Part shown: positions 27,259-38,377 of the stretch, one piece after another | Layout of the letters: every line of letters begins with the position of its first letter | Position numbering within the stretch: the first letter of the stretch is position 1 | Source of the DNA: Lobosporangium transversale | Taxonomy: Eukaryota | Assembly: GCF_002105155.1 (NCBI RefSeq) | Contig: NW_019028980.1 | Coordinates: 310,001 to 374,000, forward strand | Direction of reading: 5' to 3' | DNA: 64,000 nucleotides | Program-made: the position numbers and the translations under genes | Notes under the pieces: generated by a model | Database searches by the model: none | What the model was told of the DNA's origin: nothing | Seen by the model: only the letters and a program-made list of their open reading frames with translations

Positions 27259-28267
27259 TTTGACAAAGGGGTGGAGGAAAGGTGACCCACGCCAATATGG
27301 TTTCTCATATCCTTCAAGTTTGAAAATTCAAAACAGCCATCGGCACTGCTCTCGTTGAATGGCCTGCGATTTAGAATGAAGAATCTCGTTCACTTGTGGT
27401 TATCTATATCATTTACTATATATTTCAATGCGCCCTCTTGCTTTGCAAATTCAGCCTTCTGTCCAACGGCTCTCAAAAATAAAAAAGCACAAGGTTTTCA
27501 CAGCTGTAATGTAAAGTATTCATCTACATAATTTTGATCCATAATTTGTGTATTTGCCAATCTACACAAGCATTGGCCCGCAATAATTAACATATTTTCC
27601 CAACCTTATACAGGCTCTCATCTTCACCTCCGAACATCGCATTAGTCTATACAATGACAAAGATAAAAAGGCGCTGATGTCGTGAAGAAAAAAGTATCTT
27701 TTAACGTGCTTATGTGTATGGTGCGAGTCCAGGATTGTGTAATAGATGCAAAACATGGCAGTTGCCGTGAGGGAAGCTCGCCCAGCCAGAGAACAAATAT
27801 GGCTTCACTACGGAAATTATGGCGTGTTCAGCGAGTCTCGTGTTTTTCGCCCTCAAACCCAACTACAAACTTTAGCTCCATGCAATGTAACGTTCAAAGC
27901 GTTATCTCATTTGGAACAACGATATGCTACATCATCTCACATGGGGGTTCAGGTTCAGTCCTTGAGGAAAACATGTCATTAAAAAAAGTCTTGGTGTTCC
28001 TGATAATTGGTGTGACAAGAGAAGTAAACATGATCCGAGCTTCAGAAATGAACAGTACAACGATGGATAAAGAGAAGTATGTTACATGGCAAGGGTCAGA
28101 GGTCTCCTCCCCTGCTGTAAAATGACCAATTTATGTTTTTTTATTAATATTTTAAGGTGATCACGGAAGAGATGGTGGGTATGAATTCTGAAAGAAATGG
28201 AAGGGATACGACTTATGACAGTACACACATAATAGCACACAGGTTAATTAAAACTCTTCTTTATCGT

Positions 28268-29381
28268 TTAAAGGACAAGAGCAGCAGCACTAACGACGAA
28301 AGCTGCAGCAGCAGTCAAGACTGAGGTGCTAAGAGAAACAGCACTGCTGGGCTTGTTGCTTGGAGTAGGGTTAGCGCCAGCGGGAGAGGAGGGGTTAGTG
28401 CCAGCGCCAACGCCAGAGACAGGGGCAGTGGTAGTGGCAGAAGGGGCAGGGACGACAGCAGTTGGGCTGTTCAGATAGACAGGGGCAGTAACAGTGGCAC
28501 CGATGGCGCCAGGGTTAGATCCGACAGGAGCGGAGGGAGCCAAGGTGCCGGCCTCACCAGCAGCATCGGTGATGGTGAAACGGGTACTCCAGGCCATTCC
28601 CGGACCATTGGTGGCGACAAAGGTCAAGAAATAAACTAATAGTAAATTACAGAGAAAAAGTAAAGACACGTCAGAACAGGGTCATCTCCAGCTCTGGTCA
28701 AAGCTCTAGTAGCATTAATGAATGAATTGTAAAATGTAAAATAGTGCCTCCATCGACCTCACACGACCAGCCTCCACTCTTTGGCTGTGTGCTCTCCAAA
28801 TATTTGATTACATGCCCTCCATTTGGTTTGTGTCCAAATCCAAATTCAATTGTCGCCCTTTCGTTGGAGATTCGAGATGTTGTGCTGGTAAATAGCACAC
28901 CGATTAATTCACACTGTTTCATCTTTTCATGCATCCAATACCAAAACATCGATTTTGCTGTCTTTTCGACAAAGGCTTCAAATGAGGTATGCTGTATAAA
29001 AGGCTGCTTTGCACTAGTAACTACCTCCGCTGCTGAAAATGAAAAGGAATGCATATAATAGATAAATAGAAGAGATGACCTACTCTTTCCGGGAGGAGAC
29101 ACGTTGGGAACAGTATAGAGATAGCTGTTGGTCTTGCCAACCTCGATGCCAGTAGCAATGGTGGCAATTTTGACGTTGGTCTGGTCAGCACCGGTGTTGA
29201 GGAAGATATCGACCACAGGGTTAGAGGACAACTTTGGCTCAACACCATCTTCATCCCAGGTGATATTGACCTGGGTGCCGGGCTTCCAGCTTGACTGACC
29301 CCAAGGCTCCTTGGGGTTGACGAAGGCGGAGGCAAGAGAGGCAGTAGCGCCGAGGATAGCGAGGCAGGCAGTGAACTTCAT
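28268..29381 (-). CDS. Ser/Thr/Pro-rich GPI-anchored cell-wall protein with Kre9/Knh1-type N-terminal Ig-like domain
   Basis: Signal peptide, then P..QSSWKPGTQVNITW..VDIFL..YLYTVP|..WSTRFTIT; PTA-rich stalk; GPI signal SSAVSLSTSVLTAAAAFVVSAAALVL; 2 exons. Confidence 0.85.
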
Positions 29382-30054
29382 TATGAATGATTAAGAAGAT
29401 ATTAACGGCTGTGTTACGTGCGTAAATGTTTTGGGTCGTACAGAAAATGAGAATTAGGAAGGGAGTGGAGCTGAGGGAATGAGATGAGAAGGGAGAGAAA
29501 AGGAATGATGAACAAGGAGGAAGAAGTCAAGGGCTGGGAGGAGACGTAACCTTTTATTGGACTTGCACAACACGATCATTCTTGGCTGAGGGGCCAATAA
29601 CAATATCTTTTTTGATTAATATTTAACAATGTCGAATAAGCTTTTCAAATCCGCATCTAATTATAATTCTACCCGTCTCGTCTATTAAAATTGCTCTCAA
29701 ATTCATTCTGCTGTTCAGTTAGGCTAGAAGATGCAAGACATGGGTCTCACTCGGCTTAGACCTGGACTAGGCTTAAAACTTACACGCCAACATGTTCAGG
29801 AACGATGAAAAAAAAAAAAAAAAAATGCTCAGGACCTTGTTTGTTTTTCTGTTTGTGTCATTTCCAAGGTCCTCTCTATCCTTGATAATCGCAAGGATAG
29901 GAGAATTGTACAATCATTTCTATCAAACACCTCCAAGCCTTTCTTTCCCTTTCCCTCTCTTACTCCTTGAACCCATCCTGCCCGCTTGCTACAGTTGATC
30001 GCTGCCAACGAAACTGTGCGGACTATATATATATATATATAATATATATACTGA

Positions 30055-30088
<34 letters not shown>

Positions 30089-30341
30089 CCATACCCAGAT
30101 TTGTGCCACAATAAAGATTTACATTCTTTGCAAATTCTAAAGATAGCAGAGAGGGGCGTTGAGACAGACGCCACCTTGTCCCGCATCCATACTCCATCCT
30201 GTATCTTTACCATTCTGAAAAAAAAAGGGAAAAAGCATTTATTCCTTGGTCATATAAATATCCTTCCTCCTTTTTTTTTTTTTTTTTTTTTTTCCTAAGC
30301 GGACAATGCATTATTGTCTCAGCCTTAATGGATTCATTGTT

Positions 30342-31848
30342 TTATTCTTCATTATCATCTTCGTCGTCATCGTCGTCGTCGCTGTCGCTACTACTGCTCT
30401 CGTCACTAATCTCTTCCAAACTACCCGTGACAATCACTTCACGCTCCAAACTATCTTTGAGCACCTTAATGATGGCGTCGTAATCATCTCGTCTTACAAC
30501 CTTAGTCTCAGATGTCTCCTCTTGGATATTTTCCTTAGCATCTCTCGCGATTTCCTGCTGTCGTTTCTGAAGGCTCTCGAGGACAAAGATGGCTCCACCT
30601 TTCTCCAAGTCAAGTGTATAAAACTTTCCTAAAACTTCCTCTAAATCTGGTAATGACTGATCAGTTGCTGTTGGTCCTATATCTTTGGGTGATGTCACGA
30701 ACTCTTCAAAGACTTTGTAGGGATCTAATCATGGCCAAATTGATCATATGTCCGTTACGGATATGGTTAACACTCTTCATATAATTTCAATTGTCCTGAT
30801 ACACTCACTCCGAATTACTGACCTCTAGCTTTGTCACCAATGCCAGCGTTCATGATTTTTTCAACTCGAGTGATCAAATCTAACTCTCGTTGTCTTCGCT
30901 CTGCTACAGCTTCAGCTGAGATATCGAGCTTCCAATCTGCCTGTGTCGTTTCATCATCTTCATCATCGTCTTCCTCATTATCCTCTATTTCCGCATCCGT
31001 GGCAACTTTGACGCCATTCTTAAATCCTGAGGCGCCATTCATGACCGTCCCCTTTGCTGTCGTGGTCACTCCCTCTTTCAGAAACCGACACCTGCGGAGA
31101 AATTATGCGAGTCTGCTATTTAATTTTCTTTGGCTGGATAAATATAGCACATGTAGTGAACGCGTCAATGATTTACCTCGTAGCATCAACAGAAACAGGC
31201 GCAAATCCTATGCCAAAGTTTCTGTTTCGAAGCAAGTAGCGTGTCAACTTTGAGAATCGATCGACACGTGTACTTTGCCCACAGGCACCGCATTCTTTCA
31301 CAATGTAGCTATTGAAGATGGTTAAAGCAGTCTCGGGGTTGTTGCAAATGTAGCAAAGTACAAATCGTCGGATAAACTTATCGAGAACCATCATGAGTTC
31401 GTGTTCAGTGAGTTCGCCTCCACAAAGCTTGAACCAGCGTTGTCGATCCTCCATGACGCCTTGCATTTCGAGTTCAAGCTCAAAGTATTTTGAAAGGTAT
31501 TCGACGGGTCGATTGAGAGCCTTGGCAATTGGGGCTAGGTTTTGGATTTGTGTTGAGGCAGGGACCTCGACAGGCTCTCTCTTCAGGTTGTTAGTCCTGA
31601 TCCGTGCAGGATTAATGCGAATTTCAAGCGCAGGCCTAACATTCAGTTTAAAAAAGACATTTCTGTGAGTTCATTGACAGAAACGCTTGATAATAAATCC
31701 CTGTTTGTGAAAACCATTCAACAGTGCAATACATTTTGTAGCGATAGTGCGGGTCTGGGTTGGTGCTTGGAATGTTGACCATTGAGTTCATAAGCTTGCG
31801 CTTGTTAATGCCCTTCTTGGGCTGTATCGTTCGAGTTGGACGAGACAT
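30342..31848 (-). CDS. Divergent eIF5-like protein (eIF2beta/eIF5 N-terminal zinc-ribbon domain, eroded C-terminal domain)
   Basis: Spliced DPHYRYKM|PAL..NLAPIAKALNRPVEYLSKYFELEL..LDKFIRRFVLCYICNNPET..CGACG, followed by acidic linker DWKLDISAEAVAERR; 4 exons. Confidence 0.85.
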
Positions 31849-31987
31849 ACTTGTGAAGATGTTGATGGGTTAATGGAATGAATGAAGAGAAAAAAAAAAA
31901 AAAATTTTTTTTTGAAGCTCTTTGGGCTTTGCCGCAGCGAATACATATAGACGACTAAAGCAACTATTATACAAATTAAAACAAAAA

Positions 31988-32251
31988 ACTGCGGGAGAAA
32001 ACTGCGGAAGAGCGAAGGGTCATAAAGCCCTTTAGAACTGTGTTCCCCTGTTCTGGTTAGGGATCAAAGCTTGATCCCTACATTACGTGGCGGGTGTTTC
32101 AGACATCAGAGCTGGATCCTGTTTTTGATTAGTCAAGTCAATTACAGGACTTTTGCTTAATAAAATCCTTTTAATTGACTTGTCTGATGAAAAAAGGATC
32201 CAGCTATTGATCTGGTTCTAGCTAGCCTTCTACAGGCAGTCCTCTCGCAGT
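31988..32251 (+). ncRNA. Candidate structured RNA element of unknown family
   Basis: Terminal stem ACTGCGGGAG..ACTGC / GCAGT..CTCTCGCAGT closes three short hairpins and a ~50-bp imperfect arm; non-Watson-Crick pairs are G-U on the + strand. Confidence 0.55.
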
Positions 32252-32271
32252 CCCAGCAGGAGTTTGTCAGC

Positions 32272-32302
<31 letters not shown>

Positions 32303-32369
32303 TATTCAATCGTTCGACACAATAGCATTTCATTTTCGATTGCCTAAATTCCCATTCCCATTCATAACC

Positions 32370-34010
32370 ATGTCTACTTTTGCTTCACCTTCCATCCAAC
32401 AGACATCTGTCTTTGCTCGGCTACCAACTGAACTGATCCTTGACATCTTTGATTATCTTGACATTCTCTCCATCTTTCGCTTTCTAGACACCTGCAGATA
32501 CCACCGTGCACTGTTGTTGCCTCTTCCTGGGATCTGGCGCACTGTGCGCTTCATGCCCCTGAGCGAATACGCTGATCTGGCCACACCGCAACCCAACCCT
32601 GGACCTTCACTTCTCACTCATGGCATGATTGACGTTAATAACCCCAGCAACGTCAATGCCAACAGCACAACAGTGACCAATGCTGCTGCTTTCCCACAAT
32701 TTTCAAAGTCATACCATAGAAAACTCCGGCAGTCCATTGATCCAAAAGGCTCTATCTCAAGATCAAGCTCAGAGTCAGGAACATCTTCAACCTCGGGATC
32801 AGAGTCTGAATCGGAGACATCTGCACCATCATCCATTAACGCTGACAAGGATGCTGCTCATCGGCTCAAGCATACTGAGAATGATCGGGATAAGGATCGT
32901 GGAGGAAGTCGATCTTTAATATCCGAAGTATATGCTGTCCTGCGACGTTTTCGTAAGGAAAACGGGTTGGTCGATTTTGTCCGAGAGGTGATAGATCCCA
33001 AAATACTCATTGGTCTGTCAAGTGCTTTGGAATGAATCTGAATCAATGTATTAAGCACGTGAGCCTTTTTTTTTAACAAACCGTAGATCAACATGGACGC
33101 GACGGACTCTCCACAATTTCCTTCTCCCCTCGTCATGCTTGTCAAGTTCCCGCATCTCGAGATTCTTTCTGCTAGGTATCGTCGCAAGCAGACGAGCCTT
33201 GCCACAGATACACATACTCTTAAGGATATGCTCCGAAATGGTGACTTTATGCCCCATAGTCTCAAACTCCGGCGCTGGAACGTATTCCATCCTTACATGA
33301 CTAAAGAGGATGTTACAGGGTTCAAACAGATCCTAGATGCTATTGCCATAGTGTCTACACAAGCTCGAGACGAAGATAGCACAAATAATGACAGTGCCTT
33401 AACAGAGCAGACATCCGGAAGGATTTCTGGCGTTCAGTTGGACATTGGTCTGTGTCCGGGTCCTTTACCACTTAAGGAGGTCACATCAGCGATGAATACA
33501 AGCGCAGTCGTTCCACAGCCAAATACGACTCATGTTAACGTAGGTTTGCATTGGGCTGTGCCTTCTACATCAAATATCACTGCATCAACTACAACTATAC
33601 CTTCAACAATAACAGAGTCTTCACAGTCATGCAGCAACATTGTGTGGGAACTTGAACGATGTCGTATGTGTGACGCACCACAGGATCGATGCTGGCATTG
33701 TGTATGGAAATGCGTAACTTGCGGCGAAGAGCGTGCACCACCATATATCAACCATCAGACAGCACTAGAACGTCAACGACGCCGACAAGTCTCAGTTGCT
33801 GCTACTGGTACTATCGTTACTAATGGTACAACAGAGAGACCATTAATGATTGAAGCGCCGACAAGGCCTTTGACCCCACCGGGCTCCATCTCGCTGTCAC
33901 AGCTGACAAACCCACTACTTGAGGTGCGATCAGCATATCTCCCAAGGGTCCATGCTTCGCTACCTTTAAAAACACTAACACGTCCTCCCGAATTCAGCTT
34001 CTTTGATTAA
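32370..34010 (+). CDS. F-box protein with C-terminal Cys cluster
   Basis: FARLPTELILDIFDYLDILSIFRFLDTCRY F-box; intron ~32989-33086; CRMC..CWHC..KCVTC near the C-terminus. Confidence 0.8.
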
Positions 34011-34269
34011 AAAATAAAGCAGATGGGATGAGAATTTGTACTACAGTTGTGCAATACAATGACACAATTAGGGTAGAACAGTTGCACAAATTTCCAAACA
34101 GGCGAAGCATTGCTCCCACAGCCTCATCTTTTCCGTTCTTCACATTCACTGCATGCTTTCTCTCTTGTCATTCTCTCTCTCTTTGAAATCACTTGTTTAT
34201 TCTTCAAGCCATCTGCTCTTTGTTGCCTTTCATCATTGTTAATCCTTTCAACTTCTCCATGCCAATGTC

Positions 34270-35970
34270 ATGACCACTCCTCTGAATCCACTCGACATTC
34301 CAGAGATCCTTGCTCGTGTGGGTCTTTACATTCCGCTTTGGATCTTTCCTGACCGCACTAGCACTGACTGTAATGACAGATCAAGATTTCGCCCCAGTTT
34401 TGCTCCACAAACCTTTTTTAACTGCATTCTTGTCAACCGGACATGGCACGATATTCTCTTGCCCTTTCTCTGGTTCACGTTCGACGATATGGTATTCCGT
34501 GGTTGCACCCCGCTTCTGGCCACCAATATCCTCTCACGTCATGGCAAACATATCCGAGTTCTTGAACTCTCTCGTCCTAATCCTGCGGTTGCCTCTATCC
34601 CTCTGTCATTACTCCCTCATAATCTATTGCACCTCGACCTTACAGGCCTTGATAACAGTGCATGGGCAAAGGCGCTGGTGCTACAAAACACTCGTCTTCA
34701 GAGTCTTCATTGGCAAGGCGGAGATTTCCACCGTGATGACTATGGTTTATTCGATGCTTCTGCACTCTCTACGAAAATGAATCGTCTTAATGATCTTCAC
34801 CTCGAGTGCTGGAAACTCGATGGCAGCTTTATGAGGCTTCTGAGGAAAAACCCATCACTAAGGAGGATTGCACTTGACTTTGTCACTGGAGAAATCTACC
34901 CAATGAGCACAGCTTCCACATCGCTTGAAAAATTGGGGCCAATGGAGGGACAGGAGCCTGGCACTGCTTGTGCCATAGAGGTGAATGTGACTGATACGGA
35001 TGATGACGATAATGAAAAGGACGTAAAATTGCTCCAGTTAACAAGCCTGACAGTCTGCAAGGATGTTGAAAGTGGGGCATTGGAGGCATTAGTCAGGCTT
35101 TGCCCAGCTCTCGAAGAGCTTTCATGGATGGGATCCCATGATGGGGATCTAAAACAATTAACCCTCAATCTACAAGAGTGTTGTCCTTCTCTCACGGCTC
35201 TTACTTATTCCACAGTTGACATCTTTCAAGACGAAGCTACCTATGCCAAACTGATCGAAAGTATTCCCCGTCTGGTAGAGCTACAGATCCGAATCCCCTC
35301 CTTAGGTGATCTTTTTACAAAAGCCTTGCTGAAGCATTCTTCGACACTGGAGATCCTTGATCTTCGGATATTGAGGCATCATGCGCTCAGTCATGGTAGT
35401 CTGAAGAGGATCCTAATGGGTTGCCCTCAAATCACAGCACTGTCGATCGATGGTGCTCACTTGGACACTCCAGATCTCTTCTCGTTTAATTGGGCGTGTT
35501 TGCGGTTGAATCGTTTATTTCTACTGGGTCTACATGCCATGACGCACGGCCCTTTGTCTGCTTTGTCTGAAGAGGATAACATCATCGTGGCAGAGCAGCA
35601 TGGTTGGACTGCAATGGAAGCCGTGCGCAGGCAATCTGCAGCAGCAGCTCTTGCTGGCACGAGTAGGCAACATTCAAACCATAACCAGAGGGAGGAAGTT
35701 AATGATCAAGAGGGTGACGGCCTTGTAGAAGATGCGACACTTGCAATGAATGTCATTGGTATGGGGACCACGGGCATTCAACAGTATGGAGGTGGAAGGA
35801 TATTTCCCAAAGTGTCGGCTGACTTCTTACAGAAATTATTGATGCATCTCCAGACCTTGACTCACCTGAACTCATTCGTCTTAAATGGAATTGAATATAC
35901 GCGGTTATTATCTTATCCTGCTCCATTACCACCTGCCCTCTGGTATTCAGATGATACTTTTTGCGATTGA
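34270..35970 (+). CDS. F-box/LRR (RNI-like) protein
   Basis: MTTPLNPLDIPEILARVG..CILVNRTWHDILLPFLW followed by LRR-like repeats (LCPALEELSW, CPSLTALTY, CPQITALSI, WACLRLNRL). Confidence 0.85.
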   Translation: MTTPLNPLDIPEILARVGLYIPLWIFPDRTSTDCNDRSRFRPSFAPQTFFNCILVNRTWHDILLPFLWFTFDDMVFRGCTPLLATNILSRHGKHIRVLELSRPNPAVASIPLSLLPHNLLHLDLTGLDNSAWAKALVLQNTRLQSLHWQGGDFHRDDYGLFDASALSTKMNRLNDLHLECWKLDGSFMRLLRKNPSLRRIALDFVTGEIYPMSTASTSLEKLGPMEGQEPGTACAIEVNVTDTDDDDNEKDVKLLQLTSLTVCKDVESGALEALVRLCPALEELSWMGSHDGDLKQLTLNLQECCPSLTALTYSTVDIFQDEATYAKLIESIPRLVELQIRIPSLGDLFTKALLKHSSTLEILDLRILRHHALSHGSLKRILMGCPQITALSIDGAHLDTPDLFSFNWACLRLNRLFLLGLHAMTHGPLSALSEEDNIIVAEQHGWTAMEAVRRQSAAAALAGTSRQHSNHNQREEVNDQEGDGLVEDATLAMNVIGMGTTGIQQYGGGRIFPKVSADFLQKLLMHLQTLTHLNSFVLNGIEYTRLLSYPAPLPPALWYSDDTFCD

Positions 35971-36175
35971 AAATAAAAAGGTAGTGCTGGTTCCTTCAAA
36001 GCTTTAGAAGAACCGAGCAGCAGAACGTATTTTATTATCGTTATGAAAGTATATATTATAAATCATTATTTGTTCAAGTTCGATTTGTCACAATAGTTCA
36101 ATTGCAACAGTTGCAAAAAAAAAAAAAAAAAAAAAAAAGTCTAAGAATGCTTCGATGCCATGACTCCTGCATTCT

Positions 36176-37803
36176 TTAATAACGTAGTACATCTTTACCA
36201 CGATGAGCCCGCAATGTTGCAGTTTTGAATCCCCAGAATAACCCTAACCGGAGACACCGCAGTTTTTCTTGCTCAAGCCAATCCACCACTTGATGCTTCC
36301 AATACACAGCGGGAGAGTGATGCATCAACGTTGTACTTGGAATGTGATGTTGAATTGCAGATAATGGGATACTCGAGGGCGATATTGCTTGAGAGACCGA
36401 TGGTAGTAAATTAGGCTGGAATGGTGGGGCTGAAGGGAGCGCAGTTATCGAGGCTGGTGTTTGCACTGAGCTCGCAACCATCTCCTGACAGCGATAGGAA
36501 GAAGAAGAAACTGATGATGATCCTGGTATTGAGCACGTCTGGGCATCCAATGCATCAGGATAACTGGCAGTGGAAGCGGCGCCAGAGTTAATGAAAGCAG
36601 AAGCTGTAGTGGTGATTGTCTGGATAATCTTTCGATGATGTGGCAACACGAGTGGTGATGGCAACTGCAAGCCTGGGGTCATAGGTAATGAGCCTCTTGT
36701 CCCTGAGTCAAGGATCTTATTCTCGCTTCTGTATTGATCAGTGTCTTCTACCTCTTGCTGACGCCAATATGAATAATATTCTTCTCGGAACCAAGTGGGT
36801 GAGAGCAAAAGCTTTTGATTGGCAAAGATTGATCCTGAAACTGTGAGCTTATAGGTCAATTTCCACAGCACAGCGTCATTCGCAATGAGACTAAGCCCAG
36901 TATTAAATAAAAGTATTTCAATAAACCAGTCTCCAGTTCTTTGAATGCTTTCCTGAATGAATTCTATTTAAAATAAACCTTGTACATATAATGTCATGTT
37001 GTACCGGAGCATTTATTCCAAGGAATCAAAAAGTTTAATTAATACCTGTAAAATCGCTTATTCACGACCATGAGTCGCCCAAGGTCCTTGCAATCTCCAG
37101 CTAGAACGTAAAAGACCATCCTCCAGACATCATCGACGAGATCAAAGCTAGATGGCCCTCTTGAGCTATAGTTGGAGGTTGAGGTATCTCCAATGGCCCG
37201 AGTGTTTTGTTCATGCTTGTAGTCCAGTTCATGATTGCGTCCATGCCCATATTTTTTTGATATACTCTGCCCACAGTCTTGCTTGGGTATAGCTCCGCTA
37301 TGGTTATCTAGCGCATCTCGAGCCTCTAGGCCTTCATACTGCTGCGATCTACGGGACCACTGTCGCTGCACTAGTGGTTTTAAACAATTTCCTCGATGAT
37401 TATGAAAAAAGAGCTGCCTCTGCTGTTCTTGTTGCAGATGTTGCTGTTTCTGAATATATGCCATCTGATGCTGCTTCTGAATCACAAGTCGCTCGATATC
37501 ATCACCACTTAAGTCTTGCGCCGTATCCGTCAATGGACTAATGACCGATGATGATGGTGATAATGTAGAGGATAGAAGGTGTGATGGAGGCAATGCAGTT
37601 ATAGAATAGGACGGGGAGCTCGAGGAATTGCTTGGAGATGGAAAGGGTGATGATGATGGGGAGAGCGGTGGAACTGTCTCTGGGCTTTCAACTTCTTTAT
37701 TGAGCGTATCTTTTCTGGTTAAATTGCTGGATACAGCAACCTCTTCATACTGAATTTCAATTTCCCTTGCATGGGCTGGTTGAGGAGCTATGGCAGTTGA
37801 CAT
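36176..37803 (-). CDS. F-box protein with Ser/Gln-rich N-terminus
   Basis: FDLVDDVWRMVFYVLAGDCKDLGRLMVVNKRFY|SLIANDAVLWK spans an intron; start codon uncertain. Confidence 0.7.
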
Positions 37804-38377
37804 GCTCTGATTATCTCCTCTTAAAACGCGGATATAAAAAATGAGAGGAAAAAATGTGAGACTGGAATGTGAAAAAAAAAAAACAAAAAAAAAACAAACA
37901 AACAAACAAACAAACAAACAAATATTATACTTATAGTTTCAACATTATTCGCGTTTCGTCTGCAATGTAATATTTAGAGCATGGCATGGTGTTTATAAGA
38001 AAAAAGTAGGAAGCCTTGCAAGAAACATTGGGGCGTCAACATGATCAGATTAGATCAGATCAGATCATGTAATAAAAAACCCTGTCAGGAACAGTAAACA
38101 GTGGGATACATATTTCAATGTAAAGATGTAAAATATCGGTTACTGCATCAAGATCAGTATCCGGAGCACGATAAAAATAAAAAATTACAGCTTTGCCTGA
38201 AACATCTGTTCAAATGTAGTCTGATTGTCATCGACACGGTAAAACTGCAATGAGCTTTGTTCATGTGTATTTCTTTATTGGCTTGACAAAGCCTTTTCCA
38301 CACTACAATCTGCCACTACCTCTCAAAGTGCTGAGCATTTTTCAAATCAGAACCCCCTTGAGTATGCAAAAATGCGA

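Noticed and set aside
32055..32062. CCCTAACC on the - strand as a possible telomerase RNA template
   Set aside because: Only 8 nt, partly buried in a hairpin, and the G-U pattern favours the opposite strand.
32184..32192. CTGATGA as a hammerhead core or C-box
   Set aside because: It is paired inside the long arm, with no matching stem II-GAAA or terminal D-box arrangement.
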